A stretch of DNA of 63,972 nt, filler included, from Klebsormidium nitens (Eukaryota; Plantae; Klebsormidiophyceae): assembly GCA_000708835.1 (NCBI GenBank). It is 9 parts of 9 records of this genome, joined end to end, with 100 filler letters (N's around TTAATTAATTAA, not from the genome) between each part and the next. Parts side by side here need not be neighbours in the genome. Positions count along the whole stretch, not along the records: positions 51,466 to 59,815 come from DF238126.1; 8 more parts are not named here. One strand, given 5' to 3'. The notes under the pieces were generated by a model that was not told the DNA's origin, did no database searches, and was given only the letters and a program-made list of their open reading frames with translations. Shown here in pieces: positions 52,809 to 59,807 of the stretch. A program made the position numbers and the translations under genes. Numbering within the stretch: position 1 is the first letter of the stretch; each line of letters opens with the position of its first letter.

Positions 52809-53200
52809 GCAGACCAGAAGCCCAGAAGACCCGGATTCTAGATCTTTTCTATTACAGCACTCATGGTCCTTGGAAAATTCTGAAATCAAAAATACTTGAA
52901 ATCGTGGTCTTATAGACTTTTGGTCTGCAGACCAGGTGCCCAGAAGACCCGGATTCCAGATCTTTTCTATTACAGCACTCATGGTCCCTGGAGAAATCGA
53001 AAATACTTGAAATCGTGGTCTTATAGACTTTTGGTCTGCAGACCAGAAGCCCAGAAGACCCGGATTCCAGATTTTTTATATTACAGCACTCATGGTCCCT
53101 GGAGAATTTTGAAATCGAAAATACTTGAAATCGTGGTCTTATAGACTTTTGGTCTGCAGACCTTTAGACCAGAACTCAGACCTGGAAGATAAATCTTACC
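52809..53200. repeat. Tandem array, ~111-118-bp unit, ~3.3 copies, with palindromic TGGTCTGCAGACCA junctions
   Basis: GCAGACC starts at 52809, 52927, 53038 and 53156. 14-bp perfect palindromes at 52921-52934 and 53032-53045; 12-bp palindrome at 53151-53162. Confidence 0.92.
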
Positions 53201-53271
53201 AACCACCAGCTTGCAAGCTCTATAGCTCTCCTCTGCGTGCAAACGCTTGCTCTGACCGTCGTCACCTACTC

Positions 53272-56112
53272 TTACGCATGAGATTCGAAGCCAGATTTCA
53301 GTCGAACCCCCGAAAGGCCTTTAAACTGTCCTCGAGATTGTACCTGGCTGTCTGTAAATCGACCGTCTGCAACCACCCGATTCTTGCCTTCAGCATACTC
53401 CAAGATGCGCTTTTTCAGCGCCTTTGCCGACAAAGAGCTAGTCAAGTCTTCTTCTTTCAACCAAGCTCGGAACGCCTCTCCAAGCCGTTCGCCGACAGCT
53501 AGGTGCCATGTCGGTCTGGCCCCCGGTCTGATGTCTTCGAAATCGAGACAGTCTTCGATCCATCGTCTAGCAATGTCCGAATCATTTATGTAGGCTTTAA
53601 CAGATTCCTCCATGACGCGAGGACGGCGCATCAATGGTAGACTGTCTGGATTTGCACGCTTCAGCTCGTGATACCGTTTGGCCCCCTCTGCGTACCAGGA
53701 AAGACCCTCTTCTCGCCCTTGGTCGCTTTGCAGATACGTTTCAAGCGTAGTATCAATGAGCTTTTGGCGGGGTTTGCTCGGATCGAGTTTCTCAGGTGGG
53801 AGAAAAGTGACCAACATCGGGAGGAGTGCCAAACGCCTGGTTACACAGTAGGATACGTTATGAAGAATAGGCCGATAGTTCGTGTTGAGAACAGTTTTCA
53901 CGGTGATCTGGAACGTTTCTTGTTTGGTGTGCAGTTCGCGCCCAGTAGTCGTGCCAGACCCCGAGAGCGCTTTCATTGCGGCCTCGTTCAAGACGGCCTT
54001 CTCACCTGACTCGTCGGTCTCCGCTAGCCTTCCGCTGCGAAGCGCCATAATATGACTCGATGCAGATCCGGCCGCCGGTTTGCCGGCCTCGATAATGCAG
54101 TCCTGAGACATAACGACAGCATAGCTACCTAGAACCTCAGAATTCGCTAGTTTTGTCAATGATTTACCATTAGCCCCAGCACCTTGCTTGATTAAGAACA
54201 ACTGTTCGCTAGTATCTGTACTCATACAGTAGCCGCAGAAAAGTTGATACCATTCGAGCACTTCTCTGTCTTCGTTGAAGCAATCGAGCAGAAACTTTTC
54301 GAATCGGCTTCCAGCTTGTGGCATTCCACGAAAAGCTGCCTTTGACGCACGCGAACATAGATGAGAAGGATGAAATGCGAGCAAGGTTCCCGTCTGGGTG
54401 TTGATTATTCCGTTCGCGCATGCAAACAGATACGGATTGGCAATATCCATCAAGTCACTGAGAGATTGGGGGGCTTGTAGTGCATTCGTAACAAATTCGA
54501 GGCAAACACGGACCTCAGATCCCCGCGTTAGGTCTACAAGGTCACGCTTCTCGAGATATGGGTAGTTCTGATTGACTACTTCCCATACGGCGGTGCATAT
54601 TTTTCGCTCTTCCTCAGTTCTTGGGTTCAATGCCCAATCCGGAAGAGCCGATTCCGGGGTTAGGGATGCGTTTTGCCATGTTGCAGCGTCTCTCATATGT
54701 GCAAGGAGTTTTTGCTTGAAAGCATTGAGTCTCTGCTTCGCATACCAGGACATGATACGGGACATGTGGCAACTAAATACACTTTGTATATGGAACGCAT
54801 CGTCAATGATCCATCGGCAACCGTTCCAGTATTGAAATGTTTTACCCTCAGCAATAATGCGTCCGTCAACGAGATACACAGCCGAGAAAATGGCTGCCAT
54901 TCCCCGATAGCGCTGCGTCACATTACGCCGGATAAGATTCATGTGTGCTTCCACAGCATCCTGCGACATCGTTCTTATGTTATTCGAAAAGGTACTCCAG
55001 TCATGAGTTGGGTGCAGACGTACGGGATTGGCATCCAACAACGACACTGGAAGAGGGATATTGCCGAGCAACGCAAGAGGCTTTTCTGAGCATTCGATGC
55101 CAAAGCATCGATAGAAAACCGTCCAACCTCGCTTTACGAGCGTCAGATTATTGCTACCATCGTGTTGATGGCCATGTATGCACGTTCGTGGACCATCACA
55201 TATGAATGAGTAGAGCATACCGTATGGACCACGGAAGGTCACGTTGCCAGAGAATCGAACGTTCGTATCGAGTCCGTTGTTTCGCAACAAAGCCATCATT
55301 GCATCGGCAATTCTTTCGTGCTCGATTGATCTTGTCTCGTGTAAAATCTCGGTGTCCTTTTCCGTTTGTATGTTTTCTTCAGTGTTTGGCGCTTCGAGCC
55401 CGCTTGCGTGCTCGATATCAGCACCGTTTGCTGAAATCTCTTGGATTCGATCGCTCGAAGTCGACACAAGGCCCTTCTTTGCGGATCTTCCAGCAGAATT
55501 GTTGAGGAATCGGATCAACCATGATGGAGCTGGTCGGATGTTTGTCCTTGAGGGATGTGCGCACCAAGTGTGATTCAACTTAATCTCGGGTGAGCCTGGC
55601 GGGGCCAGAACGATGCCTCCGTCTCCGCGCCCATCGAGACCATAATACTGGCCCTCGTAGTCCACCCCAGCAAAACACTTTCCCGATTGCAGTCCGTCTT
55701 TGAGTGATTCACCATATGAGAAGTAGTAATGAAGGCCTCCGCTGGCAGAAGTGGCTTTTAAGGTGTCTGGTTCTCCATGTTCCGGAATCAATCTATTCCA
55801 AAGAGGCATGCCAGCTCGGAGATCTTGTTCCGGTTTGTCTCGTGTGTCTATATCGAGCACGAAGATGTCTGAAATGGTTCCTGTCTTTATCGCCAGAAAG
55901 TTGAATCGTTCTTTTTCAATCTTCTTCATGATTCGATCCCTTGCCATCCTCCAATCGGACACTGTTCGTATAGCGTGATTGCCTTTCGTATGTGGCATCG
56001 TTGCCAGAATATCTTTCGATCCTTCATCCGTTGCTCTAACTTTTGCCGGAATAGCATACAGTCCTTCTTGTGCATACGCTTCCAACACGCTCGCGATCGA
56101 GTTTGTTGCCAT
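53272..56112 (-). CDS. Prim-Pol + Cys/His domain + D5-like SF3 helicase (primase-helicase), intronless, 946 aa
   Basis: LAIKTG, VLDID, SASGGLHYYF, LDGRGDGG (Prim-Pol); ACANGIINTQTG (D5_N); Walker A GAGANGKS; AETDE; NEAAMKALSG...GRELH; LNTNYRP; RRL. Confidence 0.92.
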   Translation of the reverse strand: MATNSIASVLEAYAQEGLYAIPAKVRATDEGSKDILATMPHTKGNHAIRTVSDWRMARDRIMKKIEKERFNFLAIKTGTISDIFVLDIDTRDKPEQDLRAGMPLWNRLIPEHGEPDTLKATSASGGLHYYFSYGESLKDGLQSGKCFAGVDYEGQYYGLDGRGDGGIVLAPPGSPEIKLNHTWCAHPSRTNIRPAPSWLIRFLNNSAGRSAKKGLVSTSSDRIQEISANGADIEHASGLEAPNTEENIQTEKDTEILHETRSIEHERIADAMMALLRNNGLDTNVRFSGNVTFRGPYGMLYSFICDGPRTCIHGHQHDGSNNLTLVKRGWTVFYRCFGIECSEKPLALLGNIPLPVSLLDANPVRLHPTHDWSTFSNNIRTMSQDAVEAHMNLIRRNVTQRYRGMAAIFSAVYLVDGRIIAEGKTFQYWNGCRWIIDDAFHIQSVFSCHMSRIMSWYAKQRLNAFKQKLLAHMRDAATWQNASLTPESALPDWALNPRTEEERKICTAVWEVVNQNYPYLEKRDLVDLTRGSEVRVCLEFVTNALQAPQSLSDLMDIANPYLFACANGIINTQTGTLLAFHPSHLCSRASKAAFRGMPQAGSRFEKFLLDCFNEDREVLEWYQLFCGYCMSTDTSEQLFLIKQGAGANGKSLTKLANSEVLGSYAVVMSQDCIIEAGKPAAGSASSHIMALRSGRLAETDESGEKAVLNEAAMKALSGSGTTTGRELHTKQETFQITVKTVLNTNYRPILHNVSYCVTRRLALLPMLVTFLPPEKLDPSKPRQKLIDTTLETYLQSDQGREEGLSWYAEGAKRYHELKRANPDSLPLMRRPRVMEESVKAYINDSDIARRWIEDCLDFEDIRPGARPTWHLAVGERLGEAFRAWLKEEDLTSSLSAKALKKRILEYAEGKNRVVADGRFTDSQVQSRGQFKGLSGVRLKSGFESHA

Positions 56113-56226
56113 GGTTTTCCACAGACCAAAGGAGGTCTGGAGCCCCCTGTAGTTTCAACCCCAGAAAATTTTGTTTAACATAGAACGCGGGATTCGACGA
56201 AGCCCACACGTGCAAAGACGTGTTGG

Positions 56227-56472
56227 TTAGTACGATCGAATCCAGGGAATAGCGATCTGTACCTGATAAAGTCGCTGCCTCGTCCGTCTGCTTGTCTTGC
56301 TTCCTTTCGCAATTCGTTCAAGAGCCTTCTTTAAGAGAATCTCGTCCTTGTGTACTTGATAGTAACTCTTCGAATATTCTCTTTTCTTGGCTTGATGCTC
56401 GTCTTTATAGATGCTCGCCTCCAAACAAGCAGCACACGCATTCGATCCATGATTGTGATTCGTGGATTCCAT
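56227..56472 (-). CDS. Small basic protein (~81 aa) with H-x-H...CxxC and REYSKSYYQVHKDEI motif
   Basis: Open frame; ATG in strong context (ACTATGG) at 56472 (alternative ATG at 56511). Lys/Arg-rich, virus-like small DNA-binding protein pattern. Confidence 0.6.
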   Translation of the reverse strand: MESTNHNHGSNACAACLEASIYKDEHQAKKREYSKSYYQVHKDEILLKKALERIAKGSKTSRRTRQRLYQVQIAIPWIRSY

Positions 56473-56568
56473 AGTTGGAGTGCAATTGATGCCTCCTAAT
56501 AATTCTAACATAGAAAAATTGCTCCTCAGAGAACGCACACAAAGTGCAGAAAGAAGAAAATTGCCCAC

Positions 56569-57612
56569 TCATTCGAATCGTCTATTGTAGAGTTCATCCG
56601 CAGTCCTCATGCTATGGCCCATGTATTGTGCCTTTGCTCTCACTTCACCACGGGACATCAGCTTCGGACTCTGTTCAGTATGTGAGATGTGTCGAAGCAG
56701 AGTGCAGCTAAGATTTCGACCGAAATGGCGTTGACCAAGGTCGTTGAGAACCACGGTGAAATTCGATATCGGTTCATCTTTCCAGACGAGGTAATGCCTC
56801 TTAAGGATCAAATGTTTTCTAGGAATCAGATTGAAGGATCTCAGTATAACCTTTACGAGATCCTCGGGAATCTCAAGGCGCCGAACTCCATCCTTTTCGA
56901 GGGTCTTGTGTCGACCGATGTGAAAGAAACACTGCTTGGGATCTTTGTTCAACTCGACGACGTTGATATCACCCGGTTCGATCGCAACACGATCATTCCC
57001 GTGATCCCTCATGAAAAAGATGCATTCAGCATATTCATTTCGCAAAGGTCCCAGCGGCATCGTGTACAATGAGAGAATCAGATGATCCATCACCAACTGC
57101 TTATCATGGCGATCCAAGCGTTCCTTGTTATGGAATCTCGGCACGACATAGCGGTTGATCTGATCGTCGAGTTCCGATCGCCTTTGCAAGAGCTCGGCCC
57201 AAGGAACCCAGTTGTCGACTTCCTTTGGCGTCTTCCTCTGCATAGAATGATCGAGCTCCTCCTCGGTTGGCTTCACCCTCTGCATGTACTTCGAGTAAGC
57301 CGATTGCGTCTCTCCAGCAGCAAGAATAGCAAAAGGGGCTGCATAATTACTCTTCGTCAATGATTTAAGAAGCTTGCCATCACGCGACGTTGGACTCTCG
57401 ATGGTCGAAATCACCTGCTCGTAATCCTCGATCCAGCCGAGACTATTCATCACGTCCGGCCCAAAGTCTCCAGCCGCATATACGGTCTTAAGTTGCCTGA
57501 TGTAGACAGACACCGTCGAATCTGATCTGGTCGGCGGAGCTCCGCGGAGAACCTTTTCAGGAGATTGAATCTTCAGCTTCCTGCGAATCTCTGCTTCGAA
57601 GTTAGAATCCAT
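56569..57612 (-). CDS. Tyrosine recombinase/integrase of the Polinton-like virus/virophage type, 347 aa
   Basis: Catalytic set in order: R (LSLYT...PLRNEY), K (RHKT), R (TLLRHI), H (MGHS), C-terminal Y (ELY). Confidence 0.85.
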   Translation of the reverse strand: MDSNFEAEIRRKLKIQSPEKVLRGAPPTRSDSTVSVYIRQLKTVYAAGDFGPDVMNSLGWIEDYEQVISTIESPTSRDGKLLKSLTKSNYAAPFAILAAGETQSAYSKYMQRVKPTEEELDHSMQRKTPKEVDNWVPWAELLQRRSELDDQINRYVVPRFHNKERLDRHDKQLVMDHLILSLYTMPLGPLRNEYAECIFFMRDHGNDRVAIEPGDINVVELNKDPKQCFFHIGRHKTLEKDGVRRLEIPEDLVKVILRSFNLIPRKHLILKRHYLVWKDEPISNFTVVLNDLGQRHFGRNLSCTLLRHISHTEQSPKLMSRGEVRAKAQYMGHSMRTADELYNRRFE

Positions 57613-57674
57613 TGCCGTGAAAGCGCATCGTCGTTACTAATCTTTATAGATATTTTTTGTAAGATACAGACGTC

Positions 57675-58490
57675 TCACATTCGATCTGGATTGAAGCGCT
57701 TTCCATTGTACTGAATCTTACTCAAGAACATTGACCAGTTGCTAGCGGTCATAGCCGTCTGCGGGTTGGTGACAGAAGTCAAGAAGTAATCTCGAGGTAT
57801 CAATAGAAGGGTTCGATGGAGATACTTGCTCAGCATCTTGGTTAGAGGAATCCGATCTCCGTCTTCGAAGACGAGTTTGTAATCTCCCTTGCGTCGTGAG
57901 GTCTGCAGCAAATAACTCGCACCTTCGAGCTGTTGGCCCTTCCGCAGGATTGGAAGCTCGTGCAATTTTACACGACGACGATGCTCCTTACTCAGAAGCA
58001 TATGCCATTGGAGGACGAGATGCCACATGCAGATCTTTACCTCCTTAGGAGTGAGATCTCGATCCATGTCTTCGAGACTCAGCTGTCTGACCTTGCGTGC
58101 GAGCTTCTTTCCAAAAGTTTCGACCTCTTCAACGGTCATCTCTGATGCGGCGTCCGAGGCCTTCGTCTCAATCTTTCGTTGAGCGGTCTCCTTCAGAGCC
58201 TTATTTTCCTTCCGGAACGGCTCATAGTAAGTCTGATAAGCCTCCGCATAGCCCAGTTTGCGACAAATAGCAAGAAAAGGGGCTATGCGAGTACGCCTGG
58301 ATCCAGGGTTATCATAGCGCTCTAGAACAGCTGCAACAATCTTCTGAGCCTTACTCTTTATCCACGAGGGATCCTCGGGCATTTTATCCTCAAAGACCAT
58401 GTTCCATAGGAGCTGAATCCCCTTGAGATACTGCTCTGTGGAACTCTCGGTCCTAATCCCATCAGCTAAGACCTTCCGTAGAGCATCCAT
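57675..58490 (-). CDS. Tyrosine-recombinase paralog lacking catalytic residues (~271 aa)
   Basis: Collinear similarity to the adjacent YR (RTESSTEQY/RSDSTVSVY, SWI/GWI, APF/APF, AYQTY/AYSKY, HLVL/HLIL, IPRDY/IPRKH). It stops before the RH, GH and Y motifs. Confidence 0.72.
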   Translation of the reverse strand: MDALRKVLADGIRTESSTEQYLKGIQLLWNMVFEDKMPEDPSWIKSKAQKIVAAVLERYDNPGSRRTRIAPFLAICRKLGYAEAYQTYYEPFRKENKALKETAQRKIETKASDAASEMTVEEVETFGKKLARKVRQLSLEDMDRDLTPKEVKICMWHLVLQWHMLLSKEHRRRVKLHELPILRKGQQLEGASYLLQTSRRKGDYKLVFEDGDRIPLTKMLSKYLHRTLLLIPRDYFLTSVTNPQTAMTASNWSMFLSKIQYNGKRFNPDRM

Positions 58491-58859
58491 AGTTATCACC
58501 CGTCTACGATGACGCAAGAAAATAATTTTATAACGTCTCCCATTTCGCAACAAGTTATTTAAAAAAGGTCGGTCACAATAAAATGACATCGAAACCTCTC
58601 CTAAACGCTTATTTTCTTGAAACTGCGTGCGGGGGCCTGAAAAATGTTTATAAATCCCGGGATTTTTAAAGAGAATAACTAGTTATTTAAAATGCACTTG
58701 TCACTTTTTCACGGTCTCTCCGCATGCGGTTCACACCATATGCACTATATATTATCGCTTGCAACGGGGTTTGTTGACTCCGCATAGTCGAATATGCATT
58801 AGGGGGCAGCATTATTTTCTACGATCTATCATCATAGACAGTGCACCAGGCCATCCGAT

Positions 58860-59360
58860 ATGGAATCTGCGAAACGAAGCTTTCGGGTGATTGCTGCCTA
58901 CGACGCGAAGGGGAATGATGTTCTTGCTCTGCTGAAGAATACGCGACTTGAGATCGACGCGAAGAAGGGGCGCGTCTGTCAAGCGGGGGCCCGAGCTGGT
59001 TCTCAACTATTTCGGACACAGAAATGTCAAGGGAAAAAGGTTTCTCTTCCACAGAATGTAGTTGTCCTCATACAAGAGACTACAAGAGGTTCAACGAACA
59101 AGAAGTACGGGTACTCGGTCGAGATCGGTCCGGTGAAGAAAAGTAATCGCCCGACAGGTTTGCCATTCGAGGGCACCTTTCAGAGTATAGCTACAAAGAT
59201 GGAAGTCGAAGACATCGAAAGTATGAGTTCTTCGAAGAAGGTTTCGAAGTCGATTAAAGCCACTCATAAGCCCAAGCCGATTATTGCTAGAAAGAAGTCT
59301 GCTCCGGCAAAGAAAGCGGCAGAATCGGTTGATTCTAATTCCGATTCAGACTCGGAATGA
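58860..59360 (+). CDS. MC1-like DNA-architecture protein with Lys/Ala-rich tail and acidic end, 166 aa
   Basis: QAGARAGSQLF...VLIQETTRGSTNKKYGY resembles the giant-virus MC1-like signature (AA.KA...ETT.GS.KK.Y.Y). Tail includes RKKSAPAKKAA. Confidence 0.65.
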   Translation: MESAKRSFRVIAAYDAKGNDVLALLKNTRLEIDAKKGRVCQAGARAGSQLFRTQKCQGKKVSLPQNVVVLIQETTRGSTNKKYGYSVEIGPVKKSNRPTGLPFEGTFQSIATKMEVEDIESMSSSKKVSKSIKATHKPKPIIARKKSAPAKKAAESVDSNSDSDSE

Positions 59361-59423
59361 TTGCGTTGAGGAAATCCGGTCACGAGTCTACCGGTCGATA
59401 GTGCCATGTAACGATCACAACGT

Positions 59424-59807
59424 TTGGCACATCTGGCCTGGGGGGACGACATCCTCGTTTTTGAGCGCTACCATGAATCCCGCGTCATCGCGGAGTTGCT
59501 CCTGGAGTCACTACCTCAAGCGGCGTTCCAGACGGGTCTCTACATCGTCGGCAGCTCGAGGGCGACCCGCATCTACATTGACGAGCGCATATTCGTGCAG
59601 TCTATCGTAGTCTCGCTGCTTAGTCTGTCAATGCAATACTGCACTCTGCTCTGGGAGGCGGTGTACGAGGGCAAGAGGTTGTCGAGGGTGTTTCTGGACC
59701 GGTTCCATAGCGCAGGGCAGCCGATTCTCGTGATAGCAAAGTCTACGCCGAATGTGGATAAGGAGGAAATGGGAGAGGTCAGTCTGAAGTCGGATATGAC
59801 GATTTAG
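59424..59807 (+). CDS. Membrane-protein fragment with ESLPQ..FQ motif (XK-related-like), host-like composition
   Basis: 127-aa ORF with hydrophobic helices and ELLLESLPQAAFQT. Confidence 0.4.
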   Translation: MAHLAWGDDILVFERYHESRVIAELLLESLPQAAFQTGLYIVGSSRATRIYIDERIFVQSIVVSLLSLSMQYCTLLWEAVYEGKRLSRVFLDRFHSAGQPILVIAKSTPNVDKEEMGEVSLKSDMTI

